Below, piece after piece: positions 25,931 through 39,031 of a stretch of 64,000 bases of DNA. The stretch is from Camelus ferus (taxonomy: Eukaryota), in contig NC_045697.1 in the NCBI RefSeq assembly GCF_009834535.1, forward strand, positions 70,744,001 to 70,808,000, written 5' to 3'. Numbering within the stretch: position 1 is the first letter of the stretch; each line of letters begins with the position of its first letter. A model generated the notes under the pieces. It saw nothing but the letters and a program-made list of their open reading frames with translations. It was not told the origin of the DNA and did not search any database. The position numbers and the translations under genes were made by a program.

Positions 25931-26859
25931 AGACCTGAAGTAAGAAATCTATCTTAAACCTGTATCACACAGTCATAATTAGATTCCAATTTTAATAGGC
26001 CACACAAGAATATTGTCTCTATTATATACCACATTGATATTAAATTTCATTTAACTATCTGAGGGCCATCTGACATGAATTCTAGATGATCATTTATAGT
26101 TTTAATCATTAAAATGCCATACACAAATTCTCTGTATGATCTCTTTTGTGAATCCACTATTATCTTAGAACTAGAAATTTTTAAGAAGTATATTTTGTTT
26201 CCTTGTTATCTTTTTAAAAAATATAATCTAAAATTTTTATGTTGTTTCCTATTTGATCAAAATCAGATTCCACTTGCAGTGAGTGGATCATAGTGTCAAG
26301 GAGGCACGTGTTTTAACAGCTCATTATTCATTTTTCCTTACAAGTTATTAACACTACCCTTAAGACAGGTCTCTCAATGAACTGAAACTATCTGGAACAA
26401 ATATTGACTACTTTTTTTTTTTCAGGGTTACAAGTATTCTCTTACAACCACTATTAAAATCCATAGTAGTGATCTGTTTCTCACAACGTACTTGTCAAAA
26501 TTATTTAATTCCCTAATGTGGTGCTTTAGAAAAATCCCTTGGAAGGTCTAAACATATTATATCTACCTGGTTTTCCTTTGTTTTCTTAAGAATATCCTCC
26601 TAAGTATCTGAAATATCAGATATGATTCATATCTACAAAACTAGGAAAGCAATATCCTCCCCAATGCGTATAAAACCTTAACGTCACTTTCAGCTCTCTT
26701 CCTAAGTACTGAAGCTGTTTCAGTGATTTAAAATGCCCATAACATCACAGTTCTAACAGGCTGTAAACTGGAATTTAGGAGGAAAACTTAAATTTCTCAG
26801 GCCTGTTTATCCTGTGAAGTGATTATGGATATTCACTGAAAGAGAGGGCACTTTTTACA

Positions 26860-26930
26860 AATGCATTGTCAAAAGGTCAAGTATGAAAGAAATGTCACAG
26901 ATAACAAAGTCCAGATGTCCAAAGGCCAGC
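26860..26930. promoter_or_regulatory. Candidate enhancer core: nuclear-receptor (HNF4-type) and GATA motif cluster
   Basis: AGGTCA 26874-26879, AGATAA 26899-26904, CAAAGTCCA 26905-26913 and TGTCCAAAGGCCA 26916-26928 in non-repeat DNA. Confidence 0.35.
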
Positions 26931-27679
26931 TAACATCAGCATGCAGGAGTCACACAGGTGTCAGCCAGGGACGGACAGTCAGTACAAAACATGAGCAAAA
27001 CAGACGGGAACACTCGGTTTAAATTGTGATTTTGAGAAACCAAATAGTAGAGATTTGATGCTTCCTTCATTTCATTTCTAAAGCCTGTGTTGCACTCAAG
27101 CTTTCTTCTCCCTTCTTCCAAATACCTTTATGTTTAAAATCCAAACAGACCTCAGGAGAAGTGAAAAACATCTCATTTCAGACATTAGGATAATCAGATG
27201 CGTGATTATATCCGAATGATGTGACTTCCTGAATGTGCTTCCAAACACATTGTGAAGAGAGTCCTCACGTGGGCAATAAGAAAACTTGACTGTTGAAAAT
27301 CTATCTGAATCATGATAGATTCGTTTTGCACACAAAATGAATTAAAATCAACATTACTTTTCACATTAAAATGAATATTTCCTTATTTTCTATTGGATTC
27401 TTGATCTGTGTTACTTAAAAATAGGCTTAGCATGCTGTATTGCATACTCCCTAAACCCAGAGTTGTAGCTTCTCCAGCATTTATCACAGGCAACATACTC
27501 ATGAAATAGCTGGGAAAAGAAGGTCGCTGTCCCATGCCAGTGTCTAAAGGTCGGCAATTTCTCATTTTAAATCAAAGCCTTTTTCATTGACACACGTGAA
27601 AGGCCTATAAATTCCCAGGAAAAAGCTTTCCACAGGGATGATTTCTGTGACTGTTGAGGAGGAGTAAAGATGAAATGCT

Positions 27680-28090
27680 CTCCATGATCTCATGGGCTTC
27701 CGCAGCTTCAATTATCACCTCTGTGAGGATAATTCCCAGATCTGTGTTTCCAAACCTGTGTCCCCAGCCTTCAAGCCCATAATTTCAGCTGCACACTGGA
27801 CATCTCCACCTGGGTGTCCTGCTGAGCTGTCACGCCAAATGCATTCTCTACTAAATGCATTTTCTCATACACACACGCTCGCTTATAATTTTCCCAGTCT
27901 CTCTTAATGACGTAATTATCTTCCCTGATACTGAGAACTGAGTACTCAAAGTCGGTATTTAAAATTTACCCAAATTATAGTCCCCCCCCCCATTAAACTA
28001 GCTGCCACGTACGGCTGACACTTTCTTGAAAATTACTTTTACTTTCAATTTCTATTTTCCTTGCCATCATTTAAGTTTACTCTAAATCAT
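27680..28090 (+). mobile_element. L2 ORF2 (RT region) fragment
   Basis: FNYHLCEDNSQI (cf. L2 FNYHLYADDSQI); 'ctggacatctccacctgggtgtcc'. Confidence 0.8.
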
Positions 28091-28249
28091 TTTTGAATGA
28101 TTGAATTCTAAATAAACAATATAAAATCTCCTTAATTTGGGGTTGAATTCTAAATAAGTAATGCATGCTTTTTCTAATTTAGGTACTATTTATTGCATTT
28201 ATATAATCTAATCTTTATTTTCTAAATTTTTATTTACTACCTTCCCAAT

Positions 28250-28800
28250 CATTCATTCATTAGCTCATTTGTTCAAAATTATGTTCCAATGGGCTAGCCA
28301 CTGAAGGTAGAGTATGTGGTCCCTCTTTTCATAGAGCTAAAAATAAAGGAATAATTTTTTTTAGATATTCTTAAGTACTATAAAGAATGTTATAATATAA
28401 TTTGATAGGAAATGACAAAGCAGTGCTACATTAGACAGAATAATCAGGAGAAATCCTTCGGAATAATCAGAAGCAGCCAGTCATGTGAAGGTCTGAAGGA
28501 CAAGCACTTTCAGAACAAAGTAACACATCTGGATGAAAAAAGGCTGGTAAGTGTAATAAACGGAAGGAAGACTAGTTGAGTAGAAATTTTCTGAGCCCAG
28601 AACACGCAGGTATGAAAAATATTTAGAAAGAAAGACAAGAGAACAACTATTGTAGGGTATTTAAATCATAGATTAAAAGTAGGATACGAGTCAATAAAAA
28701 AGTGTTAAAAAAAAAGTAGGATATGAGGATTAAGTGGACAGTTTTTGACATGTACATGACATTACCTAAAAAGATGACACTAACTGCTGTTGTGAGAAGA
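28250..28800 (-). mobile_element. L2 3' fragment
   Basis: 'attcattcattagctcattt' tail and reverse L2 body. Confidence 0.55.
28691..28711 (+). mobile_element. Ultra-short retrotransposon insertion (L1 polyA signal plus tail) with 16-bp TSD
   Basis: Insert TCAATAAAAAAGTGTTAAAAA flanked by AAAAGTAGGATACGAG (28675-28690) and AAAAGTAGGATATGAG (28712-28727); TT/AAAA site. Confidence 0.75.
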
Positions 28801-29381
28801 ACAATTTCAGGGACTTCTGAATCAAGATGGCAGATTGAGTTTACACTGAAACTCCCCTCTCTGCTCCCGTTGCATGAAATTGATCAAAACAAAGAAACAT
28901 AATTCTTTCTGAATTTTAGTTCTGAACCAGGAAGGAAATACTTAATAGTAATTGAAGTTTGTAGGCATGAGAAAGTGGAACCCGGTGAGGACTGTCACCA
29001 GGGTATCAACGCCTATGCTGGGACAGAATCCTCTACACAAAGCTGGGGACCATGGGCCTATAAAAATCATAATCCCTTGCCATGACAAATAAGAATCAAG
29101 GAAATATATTTCCTCCATGTCTATCAGCCTTGTTTGCCACTGCTCCCTCTGAACATCATGTGTTACAGACAGATCAGAGTACTCAGGCTTCCAAACATAT
29201 CCTGTTTTTTTACTGTTCATTTCTTTGTTACTTCTTTCTTTGGACCTACAATACTTATCACATCTCTTATCCCAACAACATAAATATATTTTCTCTTATT
29301 TATACACAGAATTTGTTATGACTACTACACTTATTGTTAAAGCGTTACTGAAGATGGCTTAATAATAATGAGAACACTATC

Positions 29382-29399
29382 ACTTCCTGCCTTATATGG
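29382..29399. promoter_or_regulatory. Candidate serum response element (ETS plus CArG)
   Basis: ACTTCCTG (29382-29389) abuts the perfect CArG box CCTTATATGG (29390-29399). Confidence 0.3.
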
Positions 29400-30148
29400 T
29401 GAATCCCCAGCCACTGTCATCCATGGTGATTGTGTGTCAACAGCATGATCCTTCCAATTACATTCTTCAGACAAGAAACCAGAACTCACTGGCAGGTACT
29501 TAGCAAGTTAACAAAGGCAAAATTAATTTTGGGGGGTATTAATTATAAAGGTGACAACATGGTTATCCTTAGCTCCAGTATATCAGGATTTAAGCTGAGC
29601 ATACCACATGGAGATATTAAAGAAACTTAAAGTGCTTAAGAAGTGCATGTGTAAGTGTTTTGTAATGGACTGTGATTATCTTATAAGATAAAGTGTGGCT
29701 AGCACAGCGTCTAGAATTTTTTAGGAATGGGAGCATTGATCATACCAGAAATCTGACATTTAAATGCCTGATTTGCTTTTATGTTTGTTATGGTTGTAAT
29801 GGTGATGGTGGGTTGTAGGTGGTAGACAGTTATGTGTTTTCAATTAGTTCTCTTTTATTTTCCGTTTGTATTTAAGTCTTTTTAAAATCTCAGTCAGTAG
29901 AGCAGTACAGGCAGCATCTAGGTTAGGGAAGTCTCAAGAAAAAATAAGACACATTTTTTTCTTTAAAAAGATAATATCTGTGGGCAGTGGTCAACTCTCA
30001 TATCCTGGTTTTTCAAATGAAAAATATCCTTCCAGTTTTAATATCCAAGATTAGTACTTTGGAGTACACATTTCTATTAGTGGAAAAAATTGAGCAATCT
30101 TTGGTAATCCCAAAATTTGCTTTTTTATGTATGAATTATACATACATT

Positions 30149-30620
30149 TGTATTAAGTACGGGGTCGCCAGAGAAATAGGACCAACAGAAGACAGAGAGT
30201 GAGAGAGGGAGACAGAAACTGAGAGGAGAGAGAGAGATTAAGTATAAGGAATTGATCCCATGTGGTTACAGAGGCTGAGAAGCCCCAAGATCTGCAGTTG
30301 GCAAGCTGGAGACCCATTAGAGCTGATGGTGGTGTAAATTTCAGTCTGAAAGCTGGAAACACCAATGTCCAGCTCTGGCAGTCAGACCTAGGGTGTTCTC
30401 TTTTACCCCCAGGAAGGTCAGACTTTTTATTCTATTCAGGCCTTCAGCTGATTGGATGAGAGCAATCCACATTAGGGAGGGCAACCTGCCTTATTCAGTT
30501 TATTGATTAAAATATTAACCTCATTCAAAATCACCCTCAGAGACACACCCAGAAGAACATTTCACCAAATATCTGGACACCTGGGGGCCCAGGCAAGTTG
30601 ACACATAAATTAACCATCAT
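30149..30620 (-). mobile_element. ERVL solo LTR (MLT2B-like) with TSD
   Basis: 'tgtattaagtacggggtcgccagagaaataggacc...gaggctgagaagccccaagatctgcag...caagttgacacataaattaaccatca'; flanked by ACATT (30144-30148, 30621-30625). Confidence 0.9.
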
Positions 30621-31856
30621 ACATTACTGACCAAAAATACTTGGGGCATTAGAAGAAATAAAAATTTCAAATAATTAATTTAAAAATATTAAAAGCTACT
30701 TTAATTTTTTCTTTCTAATTGATCACTTTTATTTATTTAAATTTTTGGGCATGTCTTCTCTTGGAGGTCACTGCCTAGAAGATCTTTGCTTTATGGTGGC
30801 TGAAATTGTACATATTCTTCAAGTCAGCCTTTATATTTCTAATCAGATTTAACTTCTCACATTCTTTCCTCCTGTAAAATGTATGTGCCCCTCTTTTAAC
30901 AATCAACTCAGTTTGTCCCTTGGTAGAGACAGAGAGATGTCTGTGTATTGCCTATTACTCTGAGTGACTTCCTTGGCTATTAGTACCAGAGTCATTCATT
31001 TTAAATCCCTATTGAACAAAGTGGGCTATCTTGCTCCTGGTAAAATGCTCAAAAGTGTTTATGGAGGTAAATAAAATTGCTTAAATAAAAAGACCAAATT
31101 TCATATTTAAAAAGTGAAGGGATTTACCAAAATGAGTAGAGGATTATATTTAAAACTCATCTAGTTAGAATTTTGACACATATTTTTCACATTAAAGGCT
31201 CAAGCCCAACCCCACACTTCAATTTCACACCACAGAGCAATTTCCTGACGAATATTCTCAATAGCAATTCTCTGAGAACTTGAGCAAAGACATCTCCTCT
31301 CCCCTCATACAGTTTAACTTACACAAAAAGTCTCACATGTGAAACGTGAGTCCACCTGTGGGTAAAAAGAACCCTGTTGAATGGAGAAACTTCATTTCTG
31401 GTCCTAATCATGTTCTTGGTTCAGGAGGAATAATGACTTCACCAAACCCCTCAGAATAAACCATTCATTCCTTCTTGCACGTTTTCTTACTGAAGAGAGT
31501 TGAATCTGTTAATCAAAGGGTTGGCCAATAGTGGCCTGAAAAATAGTATTGATAAATATTTAAATGATGTAAAAGTAAAGTCATTTAAAAATAGAAGTTG
31601 GTACCATAAATACGTGATGATGGACACTGGAAAGTTGAAGGAATAAGAGGTGAGAGCAGGAATAAAGAATTTCAACTAGGTGAATGGGTACATTCTCATG
31701 CTACATAATTTTTGTCATTGGAAAGCGTCTCCTCCTCCATTTCCCCAAAGCTATCACCAGCCTTCAAAATTTCTTGAGGAAATATCCTAAAGTCACCCAA
31801 ATTCAGATGGATGTATTTTTAGACTGCCAGTGGGCCGGATATGAAGTTACACTTAC

Positions 31857-32011
31857 CGACACGACCCTAGAGAGAATGGAATGTTCCCTGGGACTTCAAA
31901 GCAACCAGATTTAGAATCAACACTGAAGATTTTAGAGATGGATTGGTTTGCCTTGAAGAGCAGAGAAAGTTTGGCACCATGGGGGGCCTTGCAGCATATG
32001 GCTTTGTCCAT
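31857..32011 (-). other. Candidate spliced exon (155 nt), unverified
   Basis: Acceptor cccactccctttccag|ATG and donor TCG|GTAAGT; only one open frame: MDKAICCKAPHGAKLSLLFKANQSISKIFSVDSKSGCFEVPGNIPFSLGSC. Confidence 0.35.
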
Positions 32012-32369
32012 CTGGAAAGGGAGTGGGCTGTTGTTGCCAACTGCTCACTGCATGTCTGGGTTTAGACAAGTCTAAATCAAATCAAATAAAAATGTATGTT
32101 ACACTAAGGCAAAATGTTTAATATTTCACAGTCATACATAAAGGAAATTTAAAGGATAGGTCTGTCCTCTATCCAGGTCTATCTAGGAAATTAGTGTTGA
32201 GAAAGGCCATGTGAAGTCAGGTCAACAACCCAGCATGCGTAAGGATTCTCTAGCTTTGCCACAGTAATGGAAAATAGTTGACAGAGGCAAGGCTGCCTGC
32301 AGAATTTCCCTGGTTATTATTTAGAGAGAAACCCAACATCTACGGAGCAGCTGAGGTATTCTAGCGCTA

Positions 32370-32480
32370 AATTGCCATGAACACAGGGGCCTTATTTCTA
32401 CTGTTAACCGCCATATGCCCAGAACTCAGCACAATGTCTTGCAAATAGGAGGCACCCAAAATATGTGTTGCAAGTTCAAA
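32370..32480 (+). mobile_element. L2 3' end fragment
   Basis: 'cccagaactcagcacaatgtcttgcaaataggaggcacccaaaatatgtgttg'. Confidence 0.55.
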
Positions 32481-32854
32481 TAGATGGAGTGACACAATGA
32501 ATATCTACCAGCACTCCAACGTGCTCACAGCCTTGGCCCCTTGTGTTGTTTAAACAAGGCTGGATTTCTAATCTTTTAATTTTACTCTTTAATATTCAAC
32601 TATAAAGATAAATAACACAAATAGTATAAAATGAAAGGTAGGGCAGGGAAAGTCAGGATATCCTGTCGTTTTCAATAGCAGTCCAACTCCTTAGAATCTT
32701 AGAGAAACCCCTCTGGGTTTCAGTTTCCTCAGGTAGAAAATGAATGGCTTAGACAAAATGATCTTTCAAAAATTATAGTATAAATTTCTAATATAGCTGC
32801 TTTTTTTTTTACAGGTATTGATTTCTCATTTTCCTTCTCTGTATTTTTAAAATT

Positions 32855-32990
32855 CTTTCTCTTTTCCTCTAGATTCCCTTTTCTCTCTCCTTTTCTCTTT
32901 CCCCTTCCTCCCTTTCTCTCTATGCTTCCGTCTGTCTGTCTGTCTCTCTCCTCTCTCTACCCCCCATCCCTCTCCTTCTCTGTCTCTTTT
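32855..32990. repeat. CT-rich polypyrimidine low-complexity tract
   Basis: About 130 nt of almost pure C/T with (TCTG)n. Confidence 0.85.
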
Positions 32991-33779
32991 ACATAGACAG
33001 ATGACAGACCCATCTCATCTCTTTTGAAGACATAGTAAATGTAATTATACAAACTACAGATGCCTTAATGGGGTCACAAAAGTATGAGATCCTTACTTTC
33101 GGACTTAAGTAGTTGAATAATGTCAAAAGCTGCTAAGTGCTTCCACATCAGAGGAGACTATAACCTTAATGGATAAAGTGATTTCTAGAAATATCTTACA
33201 AATTGCACCTTGAGGCTTAACAGTATTATGTAAATGTCTGATGTCATTTTCATTAACGATGATTATCTTCACCTCAACAGGAGGGGGGAAAAAGAGAGTC
33301 CCATTTAATGAAAATGTTTACCCAAGAATTTTTTCCCGGTAGCCAAATAACTAAAACACATTGAAGTATTACATCAAATTTATATGGCATTTTATAAGCA
33401 TGTAACATAGCTTTGGTGATGCAGTAAAGGAAGCAGGTTTTCAGAGCTTTATGGCGTGGTGTCTGGAGAGGGGTTTGTACAAGAAGCCCAGTTCTCTTTG
33501 GGGAGCTAGTTATGCGCAGTGCCCTGAGGCTTCAGCAAAGCCATCGTCTCTAGAAGCCCCACCATCTGGCCTGGAGCTTCTGCTGGGTGTATTATTTCAT
33601 TATTTATTATGGTCACAAGAAAAGTCTAGTATGAATTATTGCATAACCTGTAATCATAAGTCTATTGGTATAACAATTGGTATTTTATGACAGTTATTCA
33701 ATTCAAAACCACATTTTTAAAAAAGAGAAGAAAATATAGAAAACCAGGTTGACCACAAGAAAAAAATTATTTCCTCCAT

Positions 33780-34410
33780 TCCAACTTTTTAATGTAAAAA
33801 ATCAAATGCTCCTGATCTTCATTCCCACTCTTTAGAGGAAACTACTGTGAACATTTTCTTGTGTTTCTATAGCTCTTTTTATGTGTATGTATATCTTTCA
33901 TTTTTAAGCATTGACATTTTTCCATAAAAAAAAACTATAGGTCTATCACATTAAAATCTGTCATAAAATCTATTAAAGTTATGCAATAGTTTATCTAACA
34001 AGTCTCTTGTTGAGGGACAAAAATATTTTCCCCAATTAAAAAAATGAGAATATAAAAATGAGTGTATTTATATATTAATGCAACATAGAAATGTTGCATT
34101 AAACATCTTTGCATTCAGATCTCTGCCTGCTTGAATGAGTAGAGCTATAGGAAAAGCCCATAGAGAAGGAATGGTTGGGTCCAAGAGTCTGTGCACGTTA
34201 AATTTTGATAGATGATGCCAAATTGTTATCCAAAAGGAACGTGCCTATATTTCCCCATCCATTCGAATACTGGGCAATGCTGCATATTGAATCTTTTCCT
34301 GTCTAAATGGTGAAAAATGCTATCATATTGTTCTAATTTCCATCTTATTGTGAGTGAGGTAGAACATCTTTTCATGTGATTGTTGGTGTTTCTCTTTCTC
34401 TTCCTGTGGA
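33780..34410 (-). mobile_element. Ancient L1 (L1ME-like) 3' fragment
   Basis: 'gaatggttgggtccaagag...aattttgatagatgatgccaaattg...gagtgaggtagaacatcttttcatg'. Confidence 0.75.
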
Positions 34411-37400
34411 TTCATAATGTGAATACATTTTTAATTTGCAGCCTCAGTGAGTCCTCTTAGTTTCTGCCAAGTTTCCTTAGTGGCTACAAAGGATTCTTGA
34501 AATAAATGATGTGCCCCCTCACCACTCCTCACCCCATTCCAGAATCTGAACAACACTGCCTCATTCAGAAAATATTAGAGAGGAGAGAGAAAGACAGAGA
34601 AAGACTAGCGAAAGACAAGTAGTGAAGTCTGAACTCCTGAGTGATGTAATTTTGAATTTCATACCCACTAAAAAGAGGTATGCCCTGGACCATCAATGTG
34701 AGAGGGAAGCTGCAGCAATTCCAGGAATTTACTGTGGTCCTTGACAGTCCTCTTCACCCAGGCAGTGGCAGTGGAGAGAGTTAGAGCCCAGAACCTACAG
34801 TAGCATCATAGTTCCACACTGGATTTGTAACCAAAGGTAAATCTATTTCCCAAAGTCCTCCCTTAACAGCACTCTTGTAAATAAGAAAATGCAACTGTCT
34901 ATAAATTTCTGCCTTATCTGTCCACCCATGCCAAGATTACACACCTGGGAGAATGACTTCAATCACCAGACTCTCCCACCTCGCCTGGATATACTGTGAG
35001 TGAAACATGACAGGCAAGTAGGGGGTTCTAGTAAAACTTATTTTCATTTCCAAGCGTGAGTAACTCTGATGTGACTGCTTTTGCTTACAACATATTCGGT
35101 GACATCTCCTCAGCCTATTTATGATGAAATTGAGGAATCATACCTAAAAATCCACTCTCCTTACTTTATTACCACTCCTCAGAAAGGACTTTTCCATTCA
35201 TCTTTCTCAATTTCTAAAAATAAACAAAAAGTAACTAAGAGCAAACCTGACCTTTTTTATTTACTACGACTTATCAGTCATTCCCATTATCAGCTCTTGC
35301 AGTGTTCACTGGCTTGTGCCGAAAATAAAAATAATTGAGGGAGGTGGGGAGGACACACAGAACAGCAGTGATGATAACATAAGAGGAGGGGAATACAGAG
35401 AATCCTAAAAATGAAAAAAATCAGTCCTTCATCTTTTCTTATATAGGGCCGGGGCTCACATTTCCCTCTGTTACTGTAGAAGGATTATTTATAGATTGGT
35501 ATAAGGAAACATGTTCTAAAAGAGGGACCACTGCCAGCTCCGTGGCTCTTGAGGCCAAGACAAGGTCAAGTCCCCTGATCAGCAGAGCAGCTTGTGAGTA
35601 ACAAACAAAGAAGCTGGTCCCCCTCAGTGTTCCATGTGGCCTGGATGTACGCATCCTTTCTTTGACATTAATGGACTCAGGTGCCCCAAGGGACCTGTGG
35701 ACTTAATAATGTCCAAGGACTTCAAGTTAATAGATTTGTACACTTGAAAATTGTTTTATTCTACTCCCCTTTGTTCTTTCTTTGCCATTATTAAAAAAAA
35801 ATTAAGCAAGTATGTGTGTTTAGTGGAGGACAACGTGTCGGGTTTGTGAAAAGCTGCACAAATCACATCTATGAATTCTCAGCTTACAATCTAAAACAGT
35901 GCTGATACCTGACAAAGCTTCGGGGTCAGTGTTAGGAGAGGTGTATTTTTATTGACAGTAAGCAGCAAATTACCCAGCAGCCAGGGGAAGAGTCAGCAGT
36001 ATTTTAGTAATTCTCTTTACACTGAGAAAACCAAATAACAGGTTTCCATCGAATAATATGATTCTATGTTTACTCAATGACAGATACAAATTGGAAAATA
36101 AAATTATTTTTCAGAAACTCCAGAATTACATAATCCATCTTTGAAAATAGAATTCTTTCTTACAATAGAGTTTGGGATTCCTTTTTTTTTTTTTTTAAGT
36201 ACTACGGAACCTAATCCTTGATATGTTTGAGCAGTAAATTTCCTCTGAGCCCTATTTTAGCCATTTCCTACATTCCACGAACAGGAGGATATGGGAGTGG
36301 TGGCTGCTTCCCATTTATCTAATCTATCTCTAACCGCGGAAACTAAAGGTTAAATTCAACTCCATTCTTGCCCATGGGCTGACAGAGGGGAATCATTCAG
36401 CCAGAACAACCACCCACAATTTTTTTTATGCTGCATTATCCTCTCCAGGTATCAATGGTGAGGGACTGGAGGAATAAAATCTGGGTCCCCCTGAAAGCTC
36501 TCTAGCATGAGCAAAGAGAAACGGTAATAGAATGTGCACCACTACAAACAGCTTCAAAGTAGGATCATGCAAATCTGAACTTTTCTATCACAATGGTTAT
36601 CTCCTTTTCTATGGCAAAACTGTAACTGTTAAATGTTTAACTAATAACAGTTAGTATATTAGTTAGGAAGAAGTATAATCTCCTTTCCTTCATGTATGAA
36701 GATGATATTATCAATCTTGCAATGTTGGGTCTGTAATTCAGAGTACTGTCTAGTTAGGAGGAAAATTTGGAAATTTCTATAATAAAAATGGGGGAAAATA
36801 GAAAAACCAATACCTGGCTTAAGGAAAAGTGTAAAAGGAAACTTTGTAGTTTTATGCTGATCATTTATGTTCTGTGTAGGGACAAGATACAAATGAAATA
36901 ATAAAATAAGGATTAAAAGCATAACTGTTTTGGGGGTCAGAAGACTTGAGAAAACATTGCTGAGTTTGCCGTTGGTCTGTGAATGGCTAAACATTCCATA
37001 AGTGAGAAAAAGTAGTTTTTTACTTTCCTCCCTAGTTACACGATATCATTTCATCCCAGAAGAGCTGCCTCTGGAGAAAAGTGAGTGATTAACCTGGAAT
37101 TCTGGGAGTTTGTTTTGCTTGCTGGTAAAGATCATCTAACTCTATATATTTGTCCAGGATACAAATGGGAAAAATAAGAAATTAGAAATCAGTCGAGGGC
37201 TGGAAATTTAATGATGGTTTAAAAAATGCTATTATTGGTAAATTTTTCAGTTTACAAACTTCGCAAAGAGTTCTCTTTCATTTTCTATTTGCTTAAAAAG
37301 TATTATCTTCCATATTCTCTTAGGTTTGAATTCTGGAAGTAAACTTTAAAATATTATTTAAGGGCAAATAACCTAAGTGTAACTTGGAAAGAAACTGATA

Positions 37401-38209
37401 CGATGATGAGCACCCTCATTTCCAAACTGAAACGCGGTTAATCAGTCTCAGAATCCACGGTCTTCTGGATAAGAAGCGAGTTTGAGATGTACTCTGACCC
37501 TTCACCCTCCATCTGCTGCTCTGGGAGGAGTCAGAATGGCCTTGCTTCTGCAAGGTTATGGGAGGCAAGAAAAATGCAGATCAGGTTATATTCATAAACT
37601 TTTTAGAGCTCTTTGAAAGATGACCCAAATAGAAATATCATTAAATTTGCATTTAGAATTAAAATTCAAAAGGATATAGAGGATAATTACTTTATAAGCA
37701 AATGTAAAATGAAAAACTTGTAAAAGTAAGACATTCACCAGTGAAATACCATTAGGTTAGATGTAATTCACATTTTTATAACAGAGTAGCCATAAATAGT
37801 ACCTTCTGAAATTCAGTTGCCTAAGCTAGGTCTTCACCTCCTGAAAGAACTGTTTCACTGTAGGACACTCCTCGCAATTAGAGGTTGTGGATAGAAAGAA
37901 GCCAAGGCCAATTCTGCCTCCCTCACCCCTGTGATGACAAATCTTCTCCCAGGAGATTCAGCTTGTCTTCGGATAGCAAAGAATCCTTTGATAAGATCTT
38001 TTACTACTTGGCATAGTTCTTTAATGGCCTAAATCTTCATGCAGAAAATCTCATCAATATTCTGTTAGCAAATTGGTAGTCTCTGATTCTTTATGATCTA
38101 CTTTCTTTTGCAATTACACATATTTTCTCTATTGAACATAAAGTATTTAATAATGATAATTTTATAGATTTTTGTTATCTTTTAATTAATCATCTAATTA
38201 CTTTTACAG

Positions 38210-38286
38210 CTATGTGGCACTCAACTCACCATCCTCTGATCTTAATTTCACAAACATCTTTCTGACCAGAGAGAATGCACAATCTG
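38210..38286 (+). other. Candidate spliced exon, unverified
   Basis: CTAAT branch-like site, ttacttttacag| acceptor, donors G|GTAATG (38287) or T|GTAAGT (38292); open frame YVALNSPSSDLNFTNIFLTRENAQS. Confidence 0.2.
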
Positions 38287-39031
38287 GTAATGTAAGTGTG
38301 GCTCTTATGTTTCTCCATGTAAATCGAAAAGCTTTTCCAGCAGGTTTGTCAATAAAAAGGATGGATCACCAAGGCTGGGGTGGAACTGAGCCTGCAGGGA
38401 GTCAGTTGTCAGAGGGGGCGGGTGCTTGGAGAAAGGAGACCACATGGGCCATAACAGGGATCTGAAGTATTTTTCCTTCATTCTGGTTTCTAAATCCAAA
38501 TTAGCAGGCCTAACAAATCAAAGTGTTGTCAATAACTAGAAGCAAAGTATTGAGAAGAATGAAAAGTCTCTCTTGTGACATGTTATAAAATCTCAGGCTG
38601 CGACAGAATTGCAATCAAGTCAGGCGTTGAGAATGGCAGGGCACCACGCTGCAGCAGCACCTGAGTTGCTTTTCCTCCTGTTAACACGATGAAACATCAA
38701 CTTTTTCCTTGGAAAAGGAGGTGATGTCAGCTTTCCCTTGTCAGCTTCTAATCCTGTGTCCTATGATTGGTTCCCTGATATCCTAGCGGCTTATTACTCT
38801 TTTTCATCTGAATGCATTAGGCTGCCTGGTTAGTGGACCTTACAGTACTGCAGGCAACTCCCATTCTCAAGGTTAGGGTTAGTGATGATGTCTCTACTGG
38901 CTTTGAAACACGGCAGTTCAACCCTTTGGCAGAGTGATGTATGGAAATTGCTTCTCGATTACCCTCTACTACTCAAAATTCAACGGAGCAAAAGAGTTCC
39001 AGAAACAAAAACAGTCAAATATGTCACCTAC

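Noticed and set aside
35087..35141. Minus-strand exon-like segment (tttttag|GTATG...GTT|gtaagc)
   Set aside because: Stops in all three frames; it could only be non-coding or terminal and has no other support
38404..38422. CTCF-like AGGGGGCG
   Set aside because: The 5' half of the motif (CCASY) does not match
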